A DNA stretch of 63,381 nucleotides, from positions 3,329,663 through 3,393,043 of the forward strand of contig NC_069005.1 in the NCBI RefSeq assembly GCF_001194135.2. The letters run 5' to 3'. Both the position numbers and the translations under genes were made by a program. Position 1 is the stretch's first letter. Each line of letters opens with the position of its first letter. Source of the DNA: Octopus bimaculoides. Taxonomy: Eukaryota. Positions 13,200 to 26,727 of this stretch are shown here, one piece after another. The notes beneath the pieces are model-generated. The model was not told the DNA's origin. It worked only from the letters and a program-made list of their open reading frames with translations, and made no database searches.

Positions 13200-14150
13200 G
13201 AGTCTTTAGTCATTTGTCAAGTTACAACAAGAACCTCAGGTAATAATGAAGGTTATTAAGTACTGCTCGTGTCACAGAAGGACATAGATAAACCAAAAAG
13301 TTACCTGAAGTTAAACACCTATAAAAAACAAGGAAGATTATCTGACTGGCAAGGGAAGGATTCGCATGGTATATTCCTAAAGGTAATTGCAAGAAATAGT
13401 TGCAGTGAGACATGATTATGTTTGTGCAAAGGGAGACTCAAAAGAGAGACAAAGAGTTTGCTAATAGCATTAAGTACTAATTAGATAAAAACCAAGATAG
13501 AGATAAAAAGAACAGGTATATTCCGAATGTAGGTAATGCAAATCAAAAGAGGAAAGTGTTACTCATATAGTAAGTTAATGAAGCATGCTGGCATAGAAAG
13601 AATACAAAAAAAGACATGACAACCTAGACAAATTAACCCACTGGTTGTTATGTAGAAATGTAGGATCTGGCCACACTGATGAATGGTATGAAAATGAAAC
13701 TAATATAGTACTAGGAAGAAATATGAAACGTTGTGGGACTTAAACATTGAGACTGACAGAGTGACAGAAGCTAGAAGGCTTGATTTAGTAGTAGTAATAG
13801 TAGATAAAGAGAATGGAAAGTGCCAGATCATTGAGTTTACAGTCCCAAATGATGCAACATTTAATATCAGGGATATAAGGAAAATAGAAAAGTACAAAAT
13901 CTAGCCATTGAGTTACAGAGACAATGGAAAGTGCAGGTAAAATGTATCCCAGTTGTTATAGATTCATTAGGAACTATCCCTAAAAGTTGAACAGATGGAT
14001 AGAGGGAATAGACATAAAACCTACATTAGCACAGCTCCACAAAACAAAGTGATTATGGACAGCTAGGACACTTAGAAGGGTTCTTGGCATCTAAAGTTAC
14101 TTTTTGTAGCCCTACATTAGACATGTTCTTTTCCTGTTTAATATGTTTTG
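13200..14150 (+). mobile_element. R4/Dong-like non-LTR retrotransposon 3' part (CCHC zinc finger plus restriction-like endonuclease), decayed
   Basis: Across disruptions: WQGKDSHG, decayed LKRE.., C..CKSKEESVTHIVS, KRHDN, LWDFNIETDRVTEARRLDLVV..DKENGKCQIIEFTVPND, IRKIEKY, IPVVIDSLGTIP, TARTLRRVLGI*, followed by a degenerate AAT/AAC tail. Confidence 0.9.
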
Positions 14151-14807
14151 CGTGTTTGAAGTAATAAAAGTAACAATAATAATAACAGCAATGATAACAA
14201 CAATAATAATTATTTTCATTGAATAACGCTAAGGGGAAGAAAACGAAGGAGTAGAGGACTGCAAATATTAGGGAAACGAAATGTAGGTGAAATGGGAGAG
14301 AGTTTAAAAGAGCAACAATTATAGCTGAAAAAAACAGAAAATAACGAAAAGAACACGATAACAACAGCAGCAACAAAGACAACAATAACACCAACTACAG
14401 CAACACGAAGAACAGAAATGGCAACGAAAGAAATATGTGAGCAGTAACTAACGACTAGAACAACATGGTGCGTTAGCTTCTGCTCCTTATATGTGTGAAA
14501 ATAACTAACTGCAGTTTTCAATTTCACATTCTGATTGATGACACAACAACGTAACGACATGCAATCAACCCAATTGCAGTAGAAAACAAGGAAGAAGAAA
14601 AAAAATCGTGATTAAATATTTGCGAGGAAGGTTTTATACAATGTCGAAATCTAACGTGTAAGATGAGATTTCATTATGGCCGCCAGCAGGAGAAAAGAGA
14701 GGACGGATATGAAAAACCACGTGATTAGCAGAGTATAATCGTTAAAAACGCCCAATGGGAATATGTCTGATCTCACTGCATTCCTTATGCAATCTACTCC
14801 CACGCAC

Positions 14808-14922
14808 ATACATACATACATACATACATGCAAACATACATACATACATATATATATATTTGTATACATGTATATATATATTTATACATATATATATATA
14901 TATACGTAAATATATACTCATA

Positions 14923-14972
<50 letters not shown>

Positions 14973-15082
14973 CATGTATATATATATATACATTTATATA
15001 CACTTGTGTGTGTTTGTGTGCATCATATATCTATCTACATATATATATATATATATTTACATACATGCATATAAACATATAT
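14808..15082. repeat. (TACA)n/(TA)n compound microsatellite
   Basis: Direct reading. Confidence 0.95.
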
Positions 15083-16069
15083 ATCTGTGCAGGTGTGGGT
15101 GTGAAGAGAAAGACAGAGTGAGAGTGGGAAGCGAAAACCCAACAACAAAAGACAAAATCAGAAAGCAGAAAGGAAGACAACAGTAAGTCCATAGGATGTT
15201 CGTATTTTATTTTATCAGGTACCGAATATGGCGGCGGCGTGCTGTCAGAACCTCATTTCCCGTTGTTACACTCATCTCAGCTGTAAATGAGAAACCGCGT
15301 GACGGACTGGCTTTGTGATCAAGGGGACTGTTGACCTGCTCATCCAGCCATCAGTGTGCTAGCGATCGAGGGCTTAAACAATGCAAAACGCATAGTGTCC
15401 GGCGATGTAAAACATTCGATTGTCAGGTTAATCATATAAGGGATGTATGCATATAATTGTATGTATGTATATATATATATATATATATATATAAATGTAT
15501 ATGTATATATTCATTTTGATTTAAAAGAAGCTAAATGATCGATAACCAAAATAACAGGGATTGATATTAAAAAAAACGCATCAGAAAAACTACACAACAA
15601 TTAAACAGAATATGCAAAAAAATGTAATGTAATTATTTACCAATTAATTAAGAAACCGGTTTAAATTAGTAATAGTTGGTTAAACTTTGAAGATTATCAT
15701 TACATTTATAATTGGAATTGGAGAGGAGAAATCGACTATGCCAAAGTGCACACAGTAGTAAATAAATATATAAACAAACGTAAATACATTGATATGTAAA
15801 TGCCTTACTAGCGATGCAATCAGTATGTTTTAGAACAAAATTGCAATCTGCGCACTATTTTCTAAAGTAACTGAAAGATTCTAAAGTGCTGTGTCCACCT
15901 GAATTAATCATATGTTTTCCTGCATAAGGCAGTTTTCAGGTTTTCAGGCTTTCAACACTGTTGTTGCTTTTAGTATGATATATAGAAATAAGTAAATAGT
16001 ATATTGAAATTATGGAGATTAATAATTATGGTAAAGTGCTTGTTCTTTGATAATTTTATTATTTCTATT

Positions 16070-16283
16070 CTTTTCATTCTTTTACACATGTCAGTCATTC
16101 GACTGCGTCCATGATGGAGCACCGACTTTGGTCGGTCCCAGGACTTATTCTTTTGTAAGACTAGTACTTACTCTTTCGGTCTCATTTGCTGAAACGCTAA
16201 ACTACGCGGACGTAAACATCGGTTGTCAAGCGATGACGGGGAGGCAAACACACACACATGCACGCACACACACACACACACAC

Positions 16284-16316
<33 letters not shown>

Positions 16317-16325
16317 AACACACAC
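16070..16325 (-). mobile_element. SINE family B 3' module plus (CA)n
   Basis: GTCATTCGACTGCGTCCATGATGGAGCACCG...CCCAGGACTTATTCTTTTGTAAG...CATCGGTTGTCAAGCGATG, then (CA)n. Head module absent. Confidence 0.85.
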
Positions 16326-17529
16326 TCATATGTGTTTAACAAATAAAATGTTACCTAATGAAGCCCTTATTTTGTTGTTTATACATGAATCGTTACCCCA
16401 TTATCGCCTCACTTTTCTTCAACGACCCGTTGGAAATCCCCCCCCCAGCGAGAGGGCAATACCGCTCAATTTGGAAATCATTGCAATACAGTAACTCTGG
16501 GTTTCTGAGTAAGTAGCTTGAAGAGTGCTCGATAGAATGTTTTGGAAATGTACGAAGATATAGATAAGTTTAAATCTTCGTAAATTGAATGGGGCTTGCT
16601 TTTTCATTCTCTGTAGTTATTTCACTGTAGCCATGCAGTGACACCAAGTTCAAGGGTTTTGTCAAATAAATCGGTCACAATACTTACTTTTTCTAAAGCT
16701 TTGGGCCTGTTCCATTGGGTAAATTTTGCCGAAGCGCTAATTAAATTGACCTATATCCATTACAAATCGGCGGCGCCGGTGGTAGTTGTAGTCGCGTTAG
16801 TAGAAGAAATATAGCACAAATATAACGACACACACACATACACATATACGAAACGCCTTATCTCAGTTTCAGTGTAAAGAATCCAGTCTCAAGATCTTCG
16901 TCGACCTATAGGGCTACGGTAGAAACTAATTCCTAAGGGACCACGTAGAATGACTGAACTTTCAATTACGTGATTCAGAACAAGACACTTTGCACAAATT
17001 CCTTCTTCACTTTTCCTTCACTTTAAATCTAAATTATTTATTTAGTAAAGTGATGATGAGAACGATTAGATTATGTTTTTCAGAGACAACCATGTTGCAA
17101 GGCTGTCATTTCCTTTTCTGTGCAACTTATACTTGGAAGTATATATGGCTTATGTTATTCTGTAACCTTTTAATCGAAATATTATATGCCGCACAAGTCA
17201 AAATTATATCGAGCACACTTGTACATACCTGTTTTATAATTCTTATCTCAATGATTCTCCACGAATAACTACATACACACGTACACACACACAGGGCTAC
17301 ACACACACATGTAAGCAGGTAAACACGTTTGTACACATTCATATATTGGTAGACACATTATGTGTGATATAAACGTCAGTGTACATATAAATAAATACAT
17401 ATATCTAGTATGACATATATAAATAAATATATAAATATATATATATATATATATACAATGTATATATATATATATATATATGTATATACATATATGCATT
17501 GATATGTATGTATATATATGCATACACAC

Positions 17530-17578
<49 letters not shown>

Positions 17579-18135
17579 ATATANNNNNNNNNNNNNNNNN
17601 NNNNNNNNNNNNNNNNNNNNNNNNNNNNNNNNNNNNNNNNNNNNNNNNNNNNNNNNNNNNNNNNNNNNNNNNNNNNNNNNNNNNNNNNNNNNNNNNNNNN
17701 NNNNNNNNNNNNNNNNNNNNNNNNNNNNNNNNNNNNNNNNNNNNNNNNNNNNNNNNNNNNNNNNNNNNNNNNNNNNNNNNNNNNNNNNNNNNNNNNNNNN
17801 NNNNNNNNNNNNNNNNNNNNNNNNNNNNNNNNNNNNNNNNNNNNNNNNNNNNNNNNNNNNNNNNNNNNNNNNNNNNNNNNNNNNNNNNNNNNNNNNNNNN
17901 NNNNNNNNNNNNNNNNNNNNNNNNNNNNNNNNNNNNNNNNNNNNNNNNNNNNNNNNNNNNNNNNNNNNNNNNNNNNNNNNNNNNNNNNNNNNNNNNNNNN
18001 NNNNNNNNNNNNNNNNNNNNNNNNNNNNNNNNNNNNNNNNNNNNNNNNNNNNNNNNNNNNNNNNNNNNNNNNNNNNNNNNNNNNNNNNNNNNNNNNNNNN
18101 NATATATATATATCTGTACATTTACCTTTGCATGT

Positions 18136-18179
<44 letters not shown>

Positions 18180-19049
18180 GGTGTGAAAGAGAGTGTATAC
18201 ATATATGTGAGCGTTTGTTTGCATCTCTATACTCATGTAGCACTGCGTATGCGTTTGTATGCACGTGAAATAAATGAATCATACATCGATAGTCAACGCC
18301 ACTCTTCTTTTCTATATAACAATATTATTTTGCTTTAATTTTTTTCTTTATTTATATTATTTTCTGTGTTTTATATTTTTACTCCAATCTTTTAATCTAA
18401 CCAAGAAGAAAATTTCGAAATCTAATTTTCTATGAATTGTTTTACTGTAATTTCATGCTTGATCATAATATTCGGCCAGCAGATATTTTAATATCTAAAT
18501 TGAAGCAGAAAATTAATTCAAACCACAACGTTATTTTGCATATGGTTTCATTTCATGTAGCACTATCTTATAAACTATAACAAGTCCTGTATAGAAAAAG
18601 AAGGACATGAAGCGAGGAAAAGAGTGAAAGAGAAAGTGAAAGTCGGGAAAGATAAAACAAGAGAAATCGGTTGTGAAAAGAAGAGTAAAGGAAAATATAG
18701 ATGGGGGGAAAAGAGAAAACGTGACTGTGAACGAGAGAGAGAGAAAGAGAGAAAATTATGATACAAGAGAAAAATGAGGTACTGAAAGAAAAAGAAAATA
18801 TAAATTTAATAAAGTTCCTTTAGTATCGCTTTAATTTTTCGTGCGACTTCTGGTATCACCAATGATCTTGAAATACATTATACACCTTAACGAAGAGGGG
18901 AGATGTCAGTTGATAGAAAAGCTCCGGTGTTCCACTAATAGTTCATAACGTTATGTTGTCTGGACATTTTGAGTTCAAACTGTAATAGAATCAATATTAC
19001 ACAGGGTAGACCAAAAGGGACTGAGGGGTTTTAAATCTGTTATTCTTGT

Positions 19050-19230
19050 ATGCTTTTACTTGTTTCAGTTATTTGACTGCGGCCATGCTGGAGCACCGTC
19101 TTTAGCCGAGCAAATCGACCCCAGGACTTGTTCTTTGTAAACCTATTGCTTATACTGGCGTGCTCTTTTGCCGAACAACTAAGTTACGGGGATGTAAACG
19201 CACCAGCATCGGTTGTCAAGNNNNNNNNNN

Positions 19231-19312
<82 letters not shown>

Positions 19313-19495
19313 GACGGGCTTCTTTCAGCTTCCGTCTACTAATTGTACTCACAAGCATTTGGTCGGCCCGAGGTTATAGTGGAAGACATTTACCCAAGTT
19401 GCCACAGACCAATGTGATTGGTAAGCAAGCTACTTGCCACACAGCTACACCTACGCCTATAACTAGTTACCACACAGCCACTCTTGAGCCTATAA
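19050..19495 (-). mobile_element. SINE family B, near full length, internal (CA)n(TA)n
   Basis: 3' module 19050-19220, microsatellite 19231-19311, 5' module from CGACGGGCTTCTTTCAGCTTCCGTCTAC to CCACACAGC. The head end appears twice (about 19437-19460 and 19469-19493). Confidence 0.9.
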
Positions 19496-19579
19496 ATGGA
19501 ATATGACTAAGTGAAACAAGAAACTAATTAGAAAATAACGATTCTAGGGGGTTGTATTATTTTATTTTCTCTAACTACA

Positions 19580-19765
19580 GTCATAAGGCGAGGAATTTTA
19601 TGGGTCAGGGCCAGTCAATAACCCCCGGGGGGTCACTGGTTGACTGGAACTTGCTCATGGACCCCAAAATGGTGAAGAACAACATCGGTGGAATTTGAAT
19701 TCAAAACGCGAAGACGAGAAGAATACCGCTAAGCATGGCAAAATTCCTACCAACCCATCGCCATT
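19580..19765 (-). mobile_element. SINE family A-like, diverged
   Basis: CATAAGGCGAGGAATTTT, GACCCCAAAATGGTGAAG, GGAATTTGAATTCAAAACG, AATACCGCTAAGCAT. Confidence 0.7.
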
Positions 19766-20303
19766 GCGAGGAGAGATAATAAGAATAAGAACGGAACATG
19801 TACTCAGTTGTCTCCCGTCCTCGCCCAAATGATCAAAATAAAGTCAGTGATCAAGATAATGCTGCGTTGTTTCTTTTCTTTTTACTGGAGATATAAAGCA
19901 ACAAGAAGCAGGAGATTGGAATTAACTACATAATTAAAATGCTTAAAATACCTTAATGAAACAGATAGAGTACAACATAGTTTAATGAAAAAATGCTGAG
20001 GAAAGAAAATAATTAACGCAATTGATTTATAATGAAAACATAATTAATATGCAAATATTAAGTAATCGGCATCAATATACCAGATCGACGACGAATATAT
20101 TATAATTGATTTTCAAAAAAGAAACGGTTAGTTAATTAGCATAATTTAACTGAAAACAAAAAAGAAAAATGCCTACAATACAAGTATACTACTAAGTTAT
20201 TACACAAACACACACATACACATAGACAAAGAGACTCATGGAATGTAGGTCCATAGTTTATATATAGTCAACAGGAAAAATGAAAGTAGCAACGTAACAT
20301 CGA

Positions 20304-20394
<91 letters not shown>

Positions 20395-20527
20395 AATGCA
20401 TACATACATACATGTATACATGCATAACATACAACCACCTCCCACTTACACGTTAATCACGACACGATAAATTACCACGCTGCTCCCGATGAAATTTGTT
20501 CTCAAAATATAAAAAAAAACACTGAAC

Positions 20528-20556
20528 TACTACTACTGCTACTAGTACTGATAATC

Positions 20557-20614
<58 letters not shown>

Positions 20615-20664
20615 CAGTAGTAGTAGTAGTAGTAGTTGTAGTAGTAGTAGTAGTAGTTGTTGTT

Positions 20665-20733
<69 letters not shown>

Positions 20734-20739
20734 ATAATG

Positions 20740-20783
<44 letters not shown>
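20528..20783. repeat. Compound (GTA)n then (ATA)n trinucleotide array
   Basis: Direct reading. Confidence 0.98.
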
Positions 20784-20917
20784 TCACGCGATAATTAACA
20801 ATCAAGTATCAAAGCTTATAATATGCGGAAAGAGACCATGTGAGACCTCTGACAACTGCCTGGTGTCCGCTCTCAAAGAATCTACCAGAACGTAAAAAGA
20901 CCGAAATGTTCTGCGAA

Positions 20918-21112
<195 letters not shown>

Positions 21113-21124
21113 GTCGTAGTAGAA

Positions 21125-21555
21125 ATTTTATGATTCAGTGCGATCATGAGATAGAAAATATGAAACTAGATGCAGTGTTAATTGAGAAAGGAAGCAAACG
21201 ATACTGCATCATAGATATAGCATGCCCAACTGACAACAAGGTATGCGATAAGGAAGAAAGAAAAGTCAATAGATATGACAAGGCCAGCTTGGGAGGTTAA
21301 GAAGTTATGGTCGATGAGAAAGGTGGTAGTAGTAACAATAATTGTCGGAGCCCTGAGAAGAGTGAGTAAAAATCTGGAGACGTGCATGGAACAAATAGGG
21401 GCTGCAATAAGGGTGGCGCACTTGCAGAAAATTACATGTTTAACCCATCGAATACTCTGGGTGGTGCTCGAAAAATAAGGTGTGTTACCTTAGTTCACTG
21501 GTAGTGAACAACTGGCACCGTAGTACTTCTCCGGCGTTAGAAGCCGTACAAATAC

Positions 21556-21632
<77 letters not shown>
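21125..21632 (+). mobile_element. R4/Dong-like non-LTR 3' end (restriction-like endonuclease), 3' UTR and (TAA)n tail
   Basis: MIQCDHEIENMKLDAVLIEK...IIDIACPTDNKVCDKEERKVNRYD, then AWEVKKLWSMRKVVVVTIIVGAL..VSKNL..HLQK. About 70-nt UTR, then (AAT)n at 21558-21632. Confidence 0.88.
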
Positions 21633-21633
<1 letters not shown>

Positions 21634-22111
21634 GAAAATTATAACCAGGTACTAGAACAAATCCAGAAATCCAGAAAATTTAATTGGTGCTAAGAGAAAC
21701 ATTGTTAAACGAATTTACCTGATTTACATAATGGTGAAATATTCCAAATTCAACAGAATCTTCTTTCGTCAGTCATACAACATTGCCAGCCATAAATGCC
21801 ACCGATAGTAAGATGCCAAAGTTTTTATTGCTTGAGGTCTATGGGTAAAAGTTGGAACCGCTCGTATATAAGAGGGCAGCAAAGTAATAACGATAACGTT
21901 GGTGATGACGATAATGATGATGATGATGACGACGACGACGACGACGACGCCGCCGACGATGATGATGATGATCATGATGATGATCATCATCATGAGGTCG
22001 AGATGACAATGATGATGAAAAACGCGTTTGGTGAATATAATTATATTTGAAATAATGATTGTCATCAGTATAAAATATTTGTAAAAATTATTACTATTAA
22101 TGAAAGAAACG

Positions 22112-22340
22112 AAGAGTGGCGATCCGCAATAATCGTTAGCATACGGGTTCAACTCCTCACTTGCTTTACGTCCGTCTTTACGTTCTGAGTTCAAACTACA
22201 CCGAGATTACCTTCGCCTTTCGTCTCTTTTATGGTCGATATAACTGTACCAGTCGAGCAGTGGGGTTTGATTTTGGTCACCTTGCCCACTACTTCCCCGA
22301 AATTCCTGGCATTGTGCCAAAATTTGGAACCGATATTAAT
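22112..22340 (+). mobile_element. SINE family A-like, diverged
   Basis: CGTCTTTACGTTCTGAGTTCAAACT, CGCCTTTCGTC, GGTCGATA, GTACCAGTCGAGCAGTGGGG, AAATTCCTGGCATTGTGCC. Confidence 0.75.
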
Positions 22341-23655
22341 AATAGAAAAGATGAAAAGTAAGAAACGATTGAAGAAGAGCAAATAAGAACATAAATATTG
22401 AGGAGAACAAGAAGAACGAATAAAAGAACAAAGAGCACCTCTTGAAAAATAAGAGTAGTAATATTTTTAATCAATGCTTCACTAATGAAAATACACTCCA
22501 GTATTTTTGAGGAAACAGAAATTTTTATTAGTAGAAATTATCTTGTTTACCTCATAAACTATTTATGATCTGAATCTCGTCTTAATGTTCAATCTTTCTT
22601 CTTGGCGCTGGTTTCTTTCTGAGTTTCTTTCTGATATTTTCTTCTTTTTTTTTTTGTTTCATTTGTTCATCTTCCGTTGTGTATGACTCAAAATTATCGT
22701 TCCGTATTTTTCCAATATATTTCTTTACGTGTCAATCTCTTCATATTCTCTATTATCCATTACAGACTTATGTACACAGATTTTAGATTTTCGCGTTTCA
22801 TGATTCTTTGTGTCTTTGTATTTGGTTGACATTTTCCATTTTCATTCATCTCTTATCCTTTCTTCTGTATTGTGTCGTGTTCTATCTTTATTTTGTTTTT
22901 TTTTTACTATTTTCTCCAAATTTATCTCAGCAAGGAAAAAAATATGCATGAACCCATTTAAAACATTTAATAAAAATACGAAGAATAATTATATTAACAT
23001 TGACAACAACGACAATAATAATGATAATAATAACAACAATAACAACAACAGTAATGATAACAACAACAACAACAACAACAATAATAATAATAATGATAAT
23101 AATAATGCTAATAACAATAATGGCTGCTCACATGGAACGCAGCAATAAAATCTTTGAGAAGGTGCAGAATAGATAACGGAGTGAAATATACAGTTATAAT
23201 AATGAAGGCTGCTGAACCGGGCATATAATGTAACATGAAAAATTAAAAGAAAAAAGAAAACTTATAGCACAGATGGATAATCAAAGAGCATTTGATATCA
23301 TAACGCACTTTTAGATATTAGGGAGACTATCTACAGATACAGCATTTTCGAAAGGAAGACTGCATATTATTCATATCAAAAGCGATAAAAATATTAATAT
23401 AAGTTAATAGAAAGTGGTCTATTCCCGTAGGGAAGGAATATTTTGCTAAAAATCCTATTCTCATGAACCTACCAAAGGTACATCGAGGGTCACTTCACTG
23501 TAATTTCAGAGGATTTCACATTTATATTTGGTTTGCATGATTCTTTGTGTAGAAGTGTGCCTCAAAAGAGATTCCGTTGTGCCTCTGCGGATCAGTGTTC
23601 CAAGAGGCGTATGCGGACTTTTTTCACATTCGCTTTTATTATTAATCCGTATGTT

Positions 23656-23868
23656 AAAGGCGTCGAGCTGGCAGAATCTTTAGCATGCCGGGCGAAATGC
23701 TTCGCACTATTTTGCCCGTCTTTACGTTCTGAGTTCAAATTACACCGAATTCGACCTTGCCTTTCATCTTTTCGGAGTCAATAGAATAAGCTCAAGTTGC
23801 GTACTGGGCTCGATCTAATCTACTGGCCCACTCCCACCAAATTTTGGGCCTTGTGCCTAGAGTAGAAA
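23656..23868 (+). mobile_element. SINE family A, full length
   Basis: AAAGGCGTCGAGCTGGCAGAATC head, GAGTTCAAATT B-box-like motif, tail GGGCCTTGTGCCTAGAGTAGAAA. Confidence 0.92.
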
Positions 23869-23876
23869 CGTATATT

Positions 23877-24095
23877 AAAGGCAACGAGCTAGCAGAATCT
23901 TTAGCACGCTGGTAAAAATGCTTAGCATTATTTTGTCCGTCTTTACGTTCTGAGTTCAAATGCCACCGAAGTTGATTTTGCCTTTCATCTTTTCGGGGTC
24001 GATAAAATGAAACCAGAGTAAACAGTGGGGTCGATGAAATTGACTGGGCCCCTCCTTCAAAATTTCATACCTTGTGCTTTTAGTAGAAAGGATTA
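23877..24095 (+). mobile_element. SINE family A, full length, head-to-tail with the previous copy
   Basis: AAAGGCAACGAGCTAGCAGAATC...CTTTCATCTTTTCGGGGTCGATAAA...TTAGTAGAAAGGATTATT. Confidence 0.9.
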
Positions 24096-26680
24096 TTATA
24101 CTAACATTTTTTAATATTATATTTTATTTTTCGCAACACTGAAATCAATAACAAATTTACTCTATGCGCCTGACATTCAAGCTAAATGCTACAAACGAAA
24201 AATAAAACTATTTCCTGTTAATGGATTGCTTCAGCAAATTCCCAGAATGCAAATCCAACTGGTGAACCTACAAAGATATATACAGGAATTTAGCCAGTAT
24301 ATAAATGGGAGTGTTTTGTTAGAAAAATACAGCGATGATACTCGAAGGATTATTTTAAATGATTTATAACCGATAGCACAAAATGATGTACAAACACCGA
24401 AATGTGACACCAGGACCAGCGATAGACATACTTGGAAATAAATGGATTTGATAAAACGATGCATTCAAATATAACGGTAAAATTAGAAACGAATGCCAAT
24501 GTGCAATGCATAAAATGACGTGACATATATAAAATGTCAAAAGGTCAGTTCTGGAAGGAGGATAACAGGTATAAACACACACAATCCAACCAAAAATATA
24601 GCAAGTATTAAAGCTTCAGTATAATAATTTAATGAAATTAAGATTTTAGATAATAAAAGTACAATTATATCGAAAAACCGCTATAAATTGGATAAAGCTA
24701 TCCTGCAAAGGAAGCCTAAATGTAATTATGAGCCGTGCGAAAGTAAAAACACTGAATTTAGAGAAAACATTGGTGCCAATTAAATGTATCAGCTTCGGTG
24801 AGGTAAGGATTTTAAATATAAACAACCTTCAAGGTATAAAATAATTAAAACGAATATAACAGAAAAATAAAAAAAATCAGGAAGAAAAGTAGTTAAAGGA
24901 AATCAATGTGGGAATCCAAATAGAAAAGAAATAAAAAACAGTAGGGAGGGGAAAACAATTGAAGCAAAACCTGAAATTGGTTTGAAAATCAGAAATGACA
25001 AGAAAACTCGAAACGAAACTCAGAAACGGAAGAAAAGTATTTAAACTGCGTAGCCATAAACAAATACAAAAGGCTGACTACAAATGAAAGCAACGAAATC
25101 ACTACAAGAATCCATCGATCAGCACATAGAAATAATCGATCACACCAATTCTGGCTGACCGTTATTTGGAATAATAGAATGTAGTGATGTATGCAACTTG
25201 TTCTCATTCACGTTCATCACGGTGAAGAGTGAGATATAAACTCATGAGTGATTAAGTAAATACACGAAAGCGGCATTTCTATTCAGATAAAATTCATGTA
25301 GTTTGATATAATTCAGTACATATTATACTTTCTCCTTTCTCATTTATGAAGGTAGCGGCTAACTTGGGAGAGATTTGACTGCTACTACTAGCGATTACTT
25401 TGAACTGTATTTTTCGTTGTTACAGCCACGTAAACCTTAGCTAACATACAATTTTCGTTTTACAATCCAAAAAGAGACGGCTTCATGGACATCAAGTGCA
25501 CGGAGTGCAAATTCTGATAGAGTGGATGTTCGCATAAAACCCTTTTGTAAACAAACCTGTTTTCGTGTCGACGAGAGTTTCGGACTGTTTCGAGTTCGTA
25601 TCAAGACAGCAAGTTATAAGCAAAATAAACAAATGACTTGTTGAAAAGAGGAGTTGATGAGGTTAAATCATTTCCATCTTATGGAGTAGGACAAGCGATT
25701 TCGATGATGGATATTACATCAACTTAACAGATATTTATTTTTCGACATCACGAGAGTGAAACGTTAATGCGTTATAGGAAAAAAGAGTAGATAAACGTAA
25801 CTAGATGACTGTATGACACTTGTCATTTTAGCTATTGTGACAACCAGTTCATACGTTTCCACTTATTACACAGTTACGTTGTTAATAGATTACATTCAAT
25901 AAAGCTTACAGAATTCGAAATAAGACAGAAACACAGGCAAACTCTGTTTTCAAAATCATTGCATACTTAAGGCGAATATCTAACTGGTTAAACTGGAATA
26001 TCATGCGCGTTTATTTAAGAAAGAGTAGGTAATGAAACCCATTTATTTTGAACTACGTCAGAGACCTACAAAGCTGAAATTATTGCTTGTTTTCTTCATC
26101 GTCCTTCCATCATCTTGTAATGCTCTCCTCCTTCCAGTTCTGACTTTCTAATCTGTTCTCTTTTCTGAATTGCCTTCTCATCGTCTTTCATTCTCAATAC
26201 TTACTCTCAACTATAATTCAGATTTTCTCTTAATCTCCTGTCTTACTTTCACACTTACCAACTTCCCTTTTACACTAAGCCTGCAAGAGTGTATGCCCGG
26301 CAGAAATATATGATTTGCATATATTATATTCTATCTTATTCTATTTATCATCTTTCCATACTTTTCTCATCTTATTGTAATTCTTTTCTTTTATTACAAT
26401 ACACTTAGAAAATGAAACACCTTTTCTGTTCCTCTCATTATTGTTTTGTTACCACGACAGACGTTTATTTTCATTGAAGCTGTTCTATAGTTGTCGGCAT
26501 TTCATTTCTACGGTTTATTGCAACGCGTGTTTTGTTGTGTAACATCATACTTTTATTTCTTTGGTCCCCCATTACTTCAGATTCTTCCTTGTTTTATCTG
26601 TTTTGTTTCTCTTCGTCTGCTTCTCCAAGCATATACATAATGATGTATATATATGCATATGTATACATACATATATACAT

Positions 26681-26727
<47 letters not shown>

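Noticed and set aside
12362-14150. Twin-priming inversion of a single LINE
   Set aside because: The geometry fits, but both halves contain the same conserved block in different sequence versions, so they are not complementary parts of one copy.
16691-16740. Minus-strand first exon MEQAQSFRK with GTAAGT donor
   Set aside because: A good donor alone is common. There are upstream stops in all frames and no other support.
21825-21836. miR-137-like TTATTGCTTGAG
   Set aside because: Only 12 nt match, and no hairpin or star arm.
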